Shown: piece by piece, positions 1 to 14,234 of the stretch | Layout of the letters: each line of letters starts with the position of its first letter | Numbering within the stretch: the first letter of the stretch is position 1 | Assembly (NCBI GenBank): GCA_964016885.1 | Contig: OZ024747.1 | Coordinates: 54,374,001-54,438,000 of the forward strand | Reading direction: 5' to 3' | From: Eledone cirrhosa | Lineage: Eukaryota | DNA length: 64,000 nt | Program-made: the position numbers and the translations under genes | The notes under the pieces: generated by a model | What the model saw: only the letters and a program-made list of their open reading frames with translations | Told to the model about the DNA's origin: nothing | Database searches by the model: none

Positions 1-35
<35 letters not shown>

Positions 36-104
36 CATATATTTATATATATATATATATATATATATTTACATATATATATATACATATATTTATATAT
101 ATAC

Positions 105-152
<48 letters not shown>
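1..152. repeat. (TA)n microsatellite, 5' flank of a PLE
   Basis: Near-pure TA run directly visible. Confidence 0.98.
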
Positions 153-156
<4 letters not shown>

Positions 157-2825
157 GTAGAAGGCTTGGTTATCCTCAAGCAGCACACAAGGAATGATGA
201 GGGAGTATGTCTACCCACGGATAAGTCTGGTAGGATGTCAATAGACAGCATGCCGAACTACATCAAGGCTAAGCAAGCCCACATCACCATCACGAGCGAA
301 ATTGCACAGCAAAAACATGAAATGAGAGAGAAAATCCTCAACGCTCACATGATGATGTGCACCGACATCCTAAAGCCAAGCAGGCACACTGCCAACAATT
401 TCCAGGCGTCTAACAATGGCATACCACCCTTGTATGGGCTCCGCAAAGACCATAAGACAGTCGACGACCCGACAACAGGACCACCAACAATACCTGTATG
501 CGGAGCAAATATAGCTAGCAACTACAGGATCTCCTACTTCCTCTCAATGGTTATACGCCCCATAATCAAGATGTCCCCAGATGTATGTGACAGTACAGAG
601 GACCTCCTCAGCAGAATCAGTAAGTGCAACAAAAACACAAACCTATCCAACTGCATAATAGGTTGTATGGATGTGGTATCACTGTACCTATCCATTAACA
701 TTGATTTTGCTGTGGAAAAATGAATGTGTGGAGATGATCATTGAGAGTGAGGTGGAGTTCTGCGACGTCGACACAGACAAACTGGGCCTCCTACTTAAAC
801 TTGCCTATGACACTGACTACCTAGACAGCCATGACCTTAGACGTTTCTGCCCCAGTAGACCCATAAGAGGTAGACCACCCACCATAACCACAATGGCAAA
901 AAAGACACCGATGGGAAGGTGGATTGGGTGGACCAAAGCTATACGGACCCCCCAAAACAATGATCAGGTAAGAAAAATGGTGGCACATGCAATGGGGGCT
1001 AGTATCACAACTACCCTAAAGGGCCACATATTCAAATTCAACGAGAAGATCTACACCCAAAGTGAGGGAACAGCCATTGGCGTCAGCATAGCTGGTGACG
1101 TTGCCAACCTTTTTATGGTATGGTGGGAAAGGAGACTCAAATATCTCCTTCATGAGAGCTCCATAGACCTCATCATGTACTCTCGTTAGGTAGACGACAT
1201 CAATATATTAATAAGGACATCCCCACAAGAGAGTACTAACAAGTTGTATTTAGAACGTAGCACAATGGAAAGCATCCAGCAGATAGCTAATTCCATACAC
1301 CAGAATATAACTGTAACTATTGACTACCCTTCCAAACACCCTAACAATAGACTACCTGTATTAGACACGGAACTCTGGATTAACACTGTAGACGAGAGAG
1401 CCCAAATTCTCCACTCACACTATGCTAAACCCATGGCCTCCAAAAACCTGATACTCAAAAACTCAGCAATGTCCAGTAGTGCTAAGTTTAATATTCCGAT
1501 CGCAGACTTGGTACGAGTGATGAAGAACGTGTCCCGCATGTGCGACCCAACAGAAATGGAAAGACACATCCCACACTTCATCAACCGCATGCAGTTCTTT
1601 GGCTACAAGCAAAGAGACAGAATCAGAGTATATGAAGGAGCGACGGAGAAGTATAAGACCCTCATAGAACTGGACATGAAAGGAATTTGCCCATTATACA
1701 GGAGCAAATCATGGAATAGCTTAGATAGGACTAGACATAAAATAGGGAAAGCCACCTCATGGTACGACAACCAGAGATACCAGAGTGTCATGTTTGTGGA
1801 CGCTACCCCTGGAGGAAATTAGCTAACCAGTGTAGAAAGGCCCTGAGAAAGACCCACTTAAAGATTAAGGTGGTAGAAAAGCCAGGAACCACGATAAAAT
1901 CCCTGATCAGCAAAACCTACCCTTTTAAGAAAACCCACTGTACTACTAGGAAATGTATTAGATGTAGAGTAAACCCCCGGATAAACTGTAAGACTAGAAA
2001 CGTAGTCTATAGCATAAGATGTACAGAGAGTAATTGCAGAAACATGACAACAACATACATAGGCGAGACAGCTCGTAGCATAGGTGAAAGGATAGACCAA
2101 CTTGGGGGGAACTAAAAGGACGAAAAAACGGTTCAGTACTATATGAACATGCCAGACAACAACACGACGGTAACATAGACAACATAGAAATTAGAATAAT
2201 ATCTAAACATAAAAATGAACCAGCAGATAGGCAAATCAGAGAGGCCAGCGAAATACAACTTAGAAGGCCCAGGCTAAACAGAAAAAATGAATGGAATACC
2301 AACAACACCCAAAACAAACAATACTGACCTAAGAGAAGTATAAATAAATAAATAAATAAATAAATACATACACGGGCACAATACCAACAAACACATATAA
2401 ACGCACACTAGTAAACTAAGATATAATACAGTAACCAACACACAGTCAGCCAAACACGAACACATATCAAACACTATACACACACGCAAACGCATGCGTA
2501 GAGAAGACAAAACAAAAAAAAATAAACAGACTAAATAAAGATGGCATAGGCATACAATACAACAGGAGGAAACATAATAGCACCACTGACGATGTTGCAG
2601 ATGTGCAACGAAAGAACTTTGTTAGACTATATATATGTGTTTGTGTCTATATTGTATCTGTATTTCTGACCGTTGGTCAGTCAATAGTAACATTGAGGAC
2701 CGAATAAATTAAATTAACCGATATAAAAGACACAGAAGCGAAAACCAACCAAACAGTGAGTGCGTTCTGTTATTAATTCTGGCAATATTATTACACAAAT
2801 GGGACCCTCCCCAAGTATAACAATA
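153..2825 (+). mobile_element. Penelope-like retroelement, 5'-truncated and decayed (RT + C-terminal GIY-YIG + 3' pLTR)
   Basis: Consecutive frameshifted ORFs 166-723, 671-1189, 1244-1822 and 1759-2115 carry RT motifs GCMDVVSLY, QSEGTAIGVSIAGDVANLFM, YSR*VDD (TAG at 1187-1189) and LPVLD, then GIY-YIG NVVYSIRC...YIGETARSIGERI. It starts in (TA)n and ends at a short TA run. 2582-2825 is repeated at 63253-63482. Confidence 0.93.
2582..2624 (+). ncRNA. Minimal hammerhead-ribozyme-like motif in PLE pLTR
   Basis: acca-CTGACGA-t-gttgca(gatg)tgcaac-GAAA-gaac-TT-tgtt: both core boxes and a perfect 6-bp stem II; stems I and III are short and imperfect. Confidence 0.65.
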
Positions 2826-3335
2826 TATATAGCCACCAGCAAAAAAGCCACCAGCCGTAAGCAACTACCACACCCCTTCCAACCTGACCGCGACTACGTC
2901 ACGATTCATAGCCATTTTGAATGAATTCTTGGCGCGATCACTTTGGAAAATGTTAGTGTCTAGATCAGAGCAAACTTCCTGCTGAATCCGGTGCTCGAGT
3001 GACATAATTATTACATAATTATTGGAAATTTCAAAATGCGGACGAAACCATGGTAGAGGTATTTAAATGTATTCTATTTTCTCCTAGTTTATTTTACACT
3101 TAATTCTGTTTAATTGACTGTATCTGGGCGATTACGCTGTCGAAATATTCGATAAATATTCCGTTGCGGCCGACGCGAATTGCTAGTTTCGGTTATTTGT
3201 TGGAGATTTCTTCATAGAAGCCTCATTCTTATAGCCTGGTCTATTCGATTTTTTATAATTTTTATATAGTTAATTATGCTAATTGGGAGAGGAAATGGTA
3301 TATATTTTATCTTGTGATTTTATAGACATGTTTTA

Positions 3336-3387
<52 letters not shown>

Positions 3388-3389
<2 letters not shown>

Positions 3390-3510
3390 CGAAGGAGTTG
3401 GGGTAAGGTACCAGATGGACCATAACGCACCAGAATACTCAATACTTAGGGTAGTAGAGTGGGTAAAAGAAAAATGTATGAGCTCTGCCGTCGGGGTCAT
3501 ACATTTTCAT
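3388..3510. mobile_element. PLE-end remnant inside (TA)n, same family as 31247-31450
   Basis: First ~80 bp align by eye to 31247-31325; internal short inversion gaaaaatgtatga/tcatacattttc; TA tracts on both sides. Confidence 0.6.
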
Positions 3511-3516
3511 ATATAT

Positions 3517-3831
<315 letters not shown>

Positions 3832-6325
3832 ATAATTTATTTAATAACTGGCTTCGGTTTCAAGGCCCAATATTGACCATATCTCCAAAATGGAAGAGGC
3901 ATCAAACTTCTGAGTTAATCTTCCGGCGCGTATACGTGTTTCTAAGATACCGTTAAAAGAAAAGTCGTGCTGAAACGCTAGTTTACGAAACACGTATTAC
4001 AAGAAATGGAAATAACGCCATCTTGTAAATTTGAAACAGCCATATCATCCACGTGTTAGTATTCCTTGGTTAATGTATGGTATTATGTGTTGGTATGTGA
4101 CATAGTAATTGTAACATTTATTAAGGTATGGAGTAGAGTATTAAAGATGGTGTACTGTAATATGTATGGAAAACGAAAGTTAAAGAACATTAAGGATGTA
4201 TATAAGGTTGTTGAAAATCGAGTGAATTTGTTAAGTATTCCACTTCGCAAGCAATTGGCTTTTGAGATGGAGGCATCCTCTAAAAATGTCAATCTTTGTG
4301 TTCAAATAGCTATTGTTCGGAAACGATAAAACCTGTAATATTCTAATTTTCTCACTAACCCAGTGACAACGTCTCTTGGTAGCATTGGTGTCAGGTCTTG
4401 ATTTTTCAAGTATCTTCCAAGTATTCTTATGGAGGACTCTTTTCTTCATTAATTGCCAGGGCTGCACTTACTATTTTATTTCTTGTATTTTGTTTCTGAT
4501 GAAACAGTGAGTTGGATCGATTTAATTGAGGCTATTAATATAGAATTACTTATTTGCTATCGATTAATCGATATTATCACGACTCATTCATTATTTTGAA
4601 ACGATCGTAAACTTTAATTAAGCACTAACCCACGACTTTTTTGTTTTCATTGTTCACCCTTTATATCTCTCACTGCAGTTCTCTTGAAAACTCAGCAATA
4701 TATAATATGATGACATCCTTCCACACAACTGATACTGTTCAATGGACAAGCGTGGGCAAAAACAGCTTGGCACCAGTGATTTATGTTGCGTGCTCGGGAC
4801 ACAAAAGGCCAGAACATTAACCACAAGACATCACGTCCGACGCTCTCTCAGTTGTTCGAATATGTCACCCCAAAATGTTCGCGTATATCTCAAGCCCGAA
4901 AGAATGAGAGGGAACGTTAATTTTGGAGGGATTTGAACAAAGGGATTTGAGTTCAAAGTATCTGACTAAATAAGGCGAGGAATTGAACCCCACACTGTAA
5001 CGAGTTTGAAAATTCGCCATATTAGATAATATATACTTCCCCGAAATCATGTTTCCCAGGGGTTGGGGGCCCATACTGTCTCTGAAGCCGGGCTTAAGAG
5101 CCATAAAATGGGAGGAGTGTGCAATATATTTATGTTTAATTACATCCAATTTCTTTATTACATCAGAGTTAAATTTGTGTGCAGGAGTAATAATTATCCA
5201 AGGGCTTAAGTGGGCGTTTGAGAAAAACAATGTATTAAATCCTTGCAACACCTTTTCTTGTTTTTGCTAAAAAATATATAATTCATGTTATGAAATATAA
5301 TTAATAAAATTTAGAGAAAATTATTAGAGAGCTGAGTCAGTTGACATTTATGTTTTAACACAGAATATAGCACATTTCACGGTTGAAATCCCTGCATACA
5401 AGGCAATAAAAACTGTAAAAATATTATCTGTAATTATAAATTTAGTCCTCTGCTATTGTTAGCCGGTTTTGTAATGTAAAAATAAAGTTTCGATCTGTTT
5501 TGTTTTGTTCCCGTCATCTCCAATCACCACCACGCGCACACACATGCATTGAGACTTACACACATAAGCATACGCACACCCAGTCAAACCACATATATTC
5601 ACACGGAAGCACACACAGACACACACACACTGATACTCACAATACATACGTACACTCGCGCACAAAAGTACACATAAACAAACACATACACACATAATTG
5701 TATTTTTAATCAGTTGTTTGAAATCTGTAAATCCTCTCCAGCCTTTGCTTTTACATTTTAAATAAAATTATTTTTAACTTTGTCGCTACAGTTCAATGAT
5801 TTCAAATTTCCTCTTTTGACCCGCTAATTAATTGTGGAGACGCAATTAAAATAACCACAAACATATAATTGGCTTTATATTTCAGAATTTCATGTTATAT
5901 TATTCTATTCATATATATATTGTTTTTTTTTCTTTATAAGCGAAGGTCATGGCTCGTTGAATCCTCCCTAGACCGGACAATAGTTAAAACGTGTAAAGGG
6001 TTTCGCCACCCCATCCCTCACTGAGCTTGCTGGATTTGAACTTGGGATCTAAACCAATGAAATTAAATAATAAAATATATTCAGTCTGGTAGCTTTTGGT
6101 TTAGCCATTTTTATCGCTTTGTTGAAAACGAAACCAAACAAAATCAATCAATCAATCAATATAGTTACTATAATCAGCCTCCACCTCATCCACCACAGCT
6201 TTCATATCAGTGATGAAAGCTAATGTCGTTCCGTGTGAGATTTGAACTCATGCCGTCATCTAATTATAAATTACTGGTATGTTAACATTTATTTGTTTCT
6301 TCAATTATTGTCCTCTTCTGTTGTT

Positions 6326-6425
6326 GCGGCGCATTGGCAGAGTTGTTAGAACGCGGAATGGAATGCTTTGTCATATTCGTTCCGGCTCTCTACGCTTTCT
6401 GAGTTCGAAATTTACCAAGTTAAAC
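6326..6425 (+). mobile_element. Degenerate tRNA-derived SINE head
   Basis: ttggcagagttgttag (A-box-like) and ctgagttcgaaat (B-box-like); resembles heads of the fuller SINE copies. Confidence 0.55.
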
Positions 6426-6564
6426 CTGTCTGAGAAAACTGGTTTGGTTGTGTTTGTGTAAGTGTCAATTTGTGTGTTTGTATTTAGAGGGGTTGGAGAG
6501 ACGGGGGTAGAGGGACCGAGACTGTTTTGATGGGAGATCCACCACTTGGCTGTATTTGACAGTG

Positions 6565-6770
6565 CATGTGTGAAACATTACAATTCAGAACTTTACATGC
6601 ATAATTACAGCCCATAGGTTAAATGTGAAATTACCACTCGAGAATAACATGTAGCATTACTACTCCGAGATTAGATGTAGCATTAATCATCAGGTTTTAC
6701 ATATATCATTAACACCCACAATCTATATATTTCTTTACCACCCAGCGAAAAATGCAATATTACCATCCAA
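6565..6770. repeat. Degenerate minisatellite, ~26-bp period, ~8 units
   Basis: An atgtagcatta(c)-like core recurs about every 26 bp. Confidence 0.6.
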
Positions 6771-7919
6771 TCAAATTTCGGAGATGGTAAGGGGATTGAG
6801 ACTAGGGAAGAGAGATAATTCACTCGTAGGAGCAAAAAGAAAAGAGTTGCTCAAAATCGAGATGCTCAAAAAAAATATTTGCTCCGTAGTGTAGAGGTAC
6901 ATGATGCGTGTTAGAAGCAACAACCAAAATTAATTCGAATTACATAGTAACGTTTATAGAAAGGTAATATACAAGGGATACAGAAGTTCAATATATGTCA
7001 GGTCTGAAATTGAGTGTAGTGACTAGTCATAATGAGTTTGATCAGAACTGTACGGGATCAGATCTGAACTAAGGTTAAAGTAAAAACAACACATGACATA
7101 TATTTATCAATACACAACTAAAATAACTATACATTTTATCATGACTAATTATAACAAATAACTTAAATAATACTTTAAAAACAAAGGAAAATTAATAGCT
7201 ATTTAGAAGAATAAAATCAATTTGTTTCAAGGAATTCTTTACGTCTTTCATCTCTCTTTCTCTCTCTCTCTCTCATTATATATATATATAATGAATGTGT
7301 GAGTGTGCGAATGTTTGAGTATGTGGTTTTGCAAAAATAATTTAAAACCTAATTTGAAAGAATAAATTTTAAAAAAATAGGAAATATAAAATAAAAGACG
7401 TCTAAATTAGCATCAGTTCTCGAACATTGAAAAACATAAAATGTTCTATTGATTAATTTTCGTTGTGTGATGAATTTGTTCTATTTTAAAAAATGAACTG
7501 GAATTAACAAAGCTTTTCTTTAAACGTGACAAAACAAAGTATATCAAATAAAATAATGAACATAAGACCTGAGTAGGAGGAGGAAGAATAAGAAAATATA
7601 TAGGCAAATAAGTTCTTGAAAAAAAAATAGGATAATAAGACGTATAGAAATTAATTTGCAAGTAACAAATGAAAAATTAAACAGAAGGTGAGTAAAATTT
7701 GTGAAAGAAAAAAATCGATTACGCATTCCGACCCCCCTCCCTCCACACACATATATATATATATACACACACGCATATATATATACACACATATATATAT
7801 ATATAAATATATGTGTGTGTATACATATATACATATTATATATAAAACTTACTCGCACGCACATATATACAATATAAATATATATATATATATATATATA
7901 AATATATATAAATATATAT

Positions 7920-8006
<87 letters not shown>

Positions 8007-8863
8007 TGCGCGTGTGTTTTTGCGTGTATCTGCGTGTGTTTTTGTACCTGTGTGTATGTATATGTATGTAGTAAAACTAAAGACGAACTGCTCATAAACA
8101 ATCTATTGAAAATTACTTTTTATATCAATAATATTCAACAGATTATGACAATTTCACTGATTATAACAATATTAAAGGATTAAACTAATATAAAATCTAT
8201 AATAATCTTGTTATAGTAACACTAATTATATGAAGTAACGTTTATCACCACAGTAGAACAGCTTAAACCGGTTTTCTGCAACTAAGCTTTTCATAAGTTT
8301 TTACTGTATTTCTATGTCATCTAATATTTGAATTTATCACAAAACAACGTTATGATAGAACGTTAGACTTTTATTTTTATTTTTAGTTGTTCGTATCTGA
8401 ATGATTGTGTATGTGTGTATGTTTGTATGTGTGCGTGTGTGGGGTGTGTGTGTGTGTTTGTGTGTGTTTGTGTGAGTGTGTGTGTGTTCGTATTAGGGAT
8501 TGGGTTCAGAATTGGATATTAATGTGTTATGACTTTCCATTGGAAAAAAAGGCCTCTTAGTTAGAATGCCAGGTGAAATCTAAAGTATCGAATGTAAACT
8601 TTAAATAATCATATAGCTGGTGTCCCGGTCAATCCGGCAAAGACAAATAATACATTGATAATGAATATTTAAGAAAGAAATATAAGAAAAAGTACAAAGG
8701 AGGAAGGATAAACGGGAAAAAGAAATTATACAGGCATAAAGGAAAAATAAAGGAAGAAAGGAAATATGAATAAAATAAAGGAAAAAATGTGATAAATATC
8801 TGAGTGTGGATGGTTCATTCCACCCATAATTACATCGGAAACGTTACGCTTTACTCAATATTA

Positions 8864-8912
8864 TTGTCTGAAGAAATGACAATATCTATCGTCAAGGAAA
8901 TATGTATAACGG
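8864..8912 (+). ncRNA. Hammerhead-ribozyme-like motif in a solo PLE-end remnant
   Basis: ttgt-CTGAAGA-aa-tgac(10 nt)gtca-ag-GAAA-tatgta-TA-acgg; stem I ttgt/acgg; quasi-palindromic stem III; ~120 bp upstream of the (TA)n tract at 9034. Confidence 0.55.
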
Positions 8913-9030
8913 AAGACTCTAACATCTACAACTTCGCATTTTTCCACTTTATAAATATACTCCCACAGCCTTATCTTTTAAAGAAGTAATATGACGTCGA
9001 GTGCTTGAATTGAATTGCATGCTTGTATAC

Positions 9031-9104
<74 letters not shown>

Positions 9105-9720
9105 ACTAAGCATACAACCAGTTTAGAAAAGTTTGCGATTTAAGTCTTTAAAATTATAATAAGATTAATAAATAGTAAAACAATTGTTAAGTGGAAACAT
9201 GGTTGTTGTTGTTCTGCTGCTGGAACATTTTCAGTTTAACTACAACTACTTCTATTGATTCTCAGCCACCATCATCCTTCACCTGCTGTCTTTATATTTA
9301 TATCGCATTACAAATAAAACATAACATAGGTGTGTATGATCATTACACAGACACGTTTAACATTAACAAATATATAACATTATATATGTGTAATTATATG
9401 CTCGAGAAATTAACGAGCAAATATCTGAGGATTCCAGAGACACGTGTAACATTAACGTAGATATAACATTACATATATGTATATATGTAACTATATCTGT
9501 AAGTCGTTATGTCGCTTAAGACGATATATTCTATTTGTACGTTGAAAGGCGACAGCTTGCTCGAAATATTTAAGTGCAAATGTCTCAGCATTCTAAACCC
9601 AACTATACCATTAACGCAATAGGTTTGCCTATATCCTCGCGAAATTAATCTGCAAGTGTCTGTGCATTCCTCAGATAAGTGCATGATTAACGCAATTATA
9701 ACATAACATAGATTTGATTT

Positions 9721-9803
<83 letters not shown>

Positions 9804-9915
9804 TATGTATTATAGACTCCACAGATATTTCTATCTACATGTTTGTACGTTTGGATGGATGGATTGGTGATTTAGAATTATACTATATCAACATCCAAAA
9901 TATACATACATGCAT

Positions 9916-9958
<43 letters not shown>

Positions 9959-9974
9959 GATAGATAGATAAATA

Positions 9975-11238
9975 TACACGGGTGTGTATGATTGTGTATA
10001 GAAGATTATATTAATAAAAGAAATTCCAACTTTGTCTGATTTGCTCGTTTTATTTACAATCCTTTAAAATTTATAATGGTATTAGAAGGAAATAGTATGG
10101 TAGAATATTAAATGTTAAGTGTTAATTGAACTAGTACTTTCATGCTTTCGCAATCTTCCGGTTCATAATGTGTGGTGACAGTCAAGTTTGAAATATTCAA
10201 CTGTAATGAGATGGGTAAATTTTATGCCTCAGATACAGTGAAAAGTGGCTCCAGAATGCTAAATCTTGCAAACTGTATTTCGACCAATCGGTGTGTAGTT
10301 TCACTGGATTACTAAAGCTGATTGGTTTAGGCGTCACGGTTGGTTGGGCATGTCTAACGACTACTAATTGATCCTATCCAAAGCATCAATTGTTTTGCTA
10401 TTTTTAGAAATGATGAAAATAGCATTTTCTAGTAATCATCACCATCAACATCACTTTTATTATTATTATTATTGCTGTTGTTGATAGTGTTCGTAGTTGA
10501 CATGGTCGTAGGAGTAATCACCCATTATTATTGTTCATTTAGCTTGGGTTTCAATGTATCAATAACATTATTTTCTTTGATTTTTCTCTTGATTTCACTT
10601 GGGCTGTGTAATTTGTAGAATGGGAATATTATAAATATTCCCTGACCACATATTGCTAGATGGTTACTCAGGGGTATCTGACGGACATTTGGGTCTCTGA
10701 TTTGCTCTCGGTGTACCCGTGCACGTTCCGATAATGCATTTCCAGTTTGACCGACATATAGTTCTTCACAATTCGGGCATTTAATGCAGAAAATTAGATT
10801 TCTGCATTTGCAGTTCATATTTGCACTTGGGAATATTTTTCCAGTTTTTGTTTTCATATATTGATCGGCGTGGATTGATATGTGCCACATCGACTATCAT
10901 TGCATTTAGATACTGTGAATGATTGGTCTTTGTTGTTAAGGTCAAACTTTGCTTTTGTTAGTAATTGCTTCAAATTTTTTGGCTGTCTTTTATTAAGAGT
11001 CAAAGATCGATCTGTGATCAAGCCTTTTAATTCATTACTTTGAGCAATGATCGGTAGGTTTGCTTTGGCAGTGTTGAAGATATTCTGGTATGACCAGTTC
11101 TTGGTTTCTTCTTCCTTGGGTTGTCCTAAGTTGTTGTATAGGTATTTTTATAGCCCGCTGTATGCGGGCTATAAATTTTAAAGGATTGTAAATAAAATGA
11201 GTAAATCAGACAAACTTGGAATTCCTTTTATTAATATA
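9975..11238 (-). mobile_element. 5'-truncated PLE (GIY-YIG fragment + pLTR) with inverted terminal copy
   Basis: ORF 10528-10890 has CKCRNLIFCIKCPNCEELYVGQTG...R.RVHREQI...E...I..LKPKLN. 10007-10075 is inverted at 11170-11238. Hammerhead motif at 10127-10165. Confidence 0.9.
10127..10165 (-). ncRNA. Minimal type I hammerhead ribozyme with variant core (CGGAAGA)
   Basis: Minus strand reads tgaac-CGGAAGA-ttgc(gaaa)gcat-GAAA-gtac-TA-gttca: perfect 5-bp stem I, GNRA-capped stem II, palindromic stem III. Confidence 0.8.
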
Positions 11239-11444
11239 TATATTGTCTTCTAGTATATATATATATCGTGTACATATCGATATTTCATCCAAGAATTTCA
11301 TTTAATTTCAAATCTGTTTAGAGATCTATTTATCTTTCAAGCTATTTTGCAAATCATATAAGGACTAATCGACTAAGTCAAATTCGATATTGTCGACACG
11401 CATGTGGCTTGGTCATTTTTAAGTATTCAGGAGAAATTTGGTAT

Positions 11445-11629
11445 AATTGTTTCTACTTTAGGCTCAAGGCCAGCAATTAACCAGTACATTACTGGTACTT
11501 TATTTTATCGACCCCGTAATGATGAAAGGCAAAGTTAACCTCGGCGGGATTTGAACTCAGACTGTAAAGGGACGTAACTATATTAGCAAGCATGGCGTCC
11601 AACACTCTACCGATACTGCCAATTCACCA
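11445..11629 (-). mobile_element. tRNA-derived SINE, full length
   Basis: A-box-like tggcagtatcgg and B-box gagttcaaatcc on the minus strand; central gcctttcatc..cggggtcgataaaataaagtaccag shared with other copies. Confidence 0.9.
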
Positions 11630-11771
11630 TAATGATACAGAGACGTCCGTCATTCGCAGCTGAAAGTTAGAGTTCCACAGCACACGCTGTACAATTTTTG
11701 CTGTTTCTGGAGGCTTATATGTCTAACTTTGAAAGTCAAAACACCTGCAGCTACTTTAAGCAATATACTTT

Positions 11772-11973
<202 letters not shown>

Positions 11974-12935
11974 CCCTTGTGGGAATTAACATGTGTCAGC
12001 TATAGATACGATATGCTGCATCTAGCGGCAACATTTAGCCTATCACCCCGTCCTGGGTAGAACGAAAATCTGTTGAAGAACTGAATCCTCTGTTCGATCA
12101 TGAATACCACGAGCTTGCCAGTCACGTAAGTCTGATATTTGATTTCGGATTCAAAGAAACACTTTAAACGTATAATCGTTGGATTTATCCAGGTGTATTT
12201 TTCTCAACCTGTTAATTCTATCGTTACTTTGGTGTATTAGTGTGTGTTAGATTTTGCCTACCACAATGTTCAATTTATCAAGCTATTTAAACGTATGTTA
12301 TTATTCTAAGGACCTACCTTATCGAGTGCTTTGCTAACTCATCATTTCATATAAGTAGGCCGAATTTGCTTGCAAACTGCCAGAGATTCTATTTTACTAA
12401 ATTTCCAATTTGTGTTTCAAGCTGATGCCAGAAGGGCACCACTTGTTGACAATCAAAGCTAAACCCAACAGAACATTAAGTATAGAGAAATGAGAAGGAA
12501 ATAAATAATACAATTTTCCAACAAATTTTTACCACTTATAAATAGAAGCTGATGTCCAGAATTAGTAACTTAACACTTTTTTTCCTCGATCACCACCGAC
12601 CACCTACAACTAACAACTATCGTCTAATAGTTGTCTTTCTCTTGCCAAAGTCTCTAAATCATATGCTCACTTATATCCAGAGAGGCAACAGCGGTTTCCA
12701 TACTATGGTGAGCATATAAAAGCAAAAACAAATTCATTTTTTACTGAAATACCTGTCTCATGACAACATATGTTACAGAACGACTTTGGTGTCTTTGAAA
12801 TACGCATAAGAGTATGATGTGTTAAACTGAATATATCTACATGATACCGTTTTCACTTTTTATATATATATATATATGTATATATGGGGGCGTGAGCATA
12901 TAAATATATATATACATATATACATATATACATAC

Positions 12936-13481
<546 letters not shown>

Positions 13482-13483
13482 GT

Positions 13484-13594
<111 letters not shown>

Positions 13595-14040
13595 TATATA
13601 CATATATACATATATCCATATATACATATATACATATATACATATGTCTATATATATATATATATATACATATATATATGCATATATATATATATATATA
13701 ACACTTTTGTTGTGTGTGAGTGTGTGTGTCCTTATTTTTGCAAAGTCAATACAAATCGCCATTTATACTCCGATTGAGTTCAAACTTGCATTTATATATT
13801 CCATACCGTCTAAAGATACTAACATCACCTTTTATTTTTAAGTTTTCTGTTGTTAAAGTGATGTTGAGCGCCGGTTATCGATCTCCGTCGCGCCCTCATA
13901 ACATGTGTCTCTATGTCTGACTGTCTGCATTACGACATTCTGACGAAGACGTCATTGCTGACGTATTGACTTCGCTACATTCACCCACACACACATACAC
14001 ACACATATATATATATACATATATACTTATATATATATAT

Positions 14041-14121
<81 letters not shown>

Positions 14122-14156
14122 AACACATACATATCATATATATATATATATATGTA

Positions 14157-14234
<78 letters not shown>

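Noticed and set aside
4970-5025. tRNA-like segment (minus GGTTCAATTCC plus hairpin with TTCA loop, reminiscent of tRNA-Sec)
   Set aside because: No acceptor stem or D-arm can be formed; more likely a decayed SINE head or chance.
4865-5251. 128-aa minus-strand ORF in unique-looking DNA
   Set aside because: No recognisable motif, non-ATG start and no clear splice context; cannot be supported without a search.
12068-12105. ctgttga-a-gaac...gttc-gatc hammerhead-like shape; similar at 13949-13975 and ~21361-21390
   Set aside because: Core boxes are mutated or GAAA is missing; too degenerate to call.
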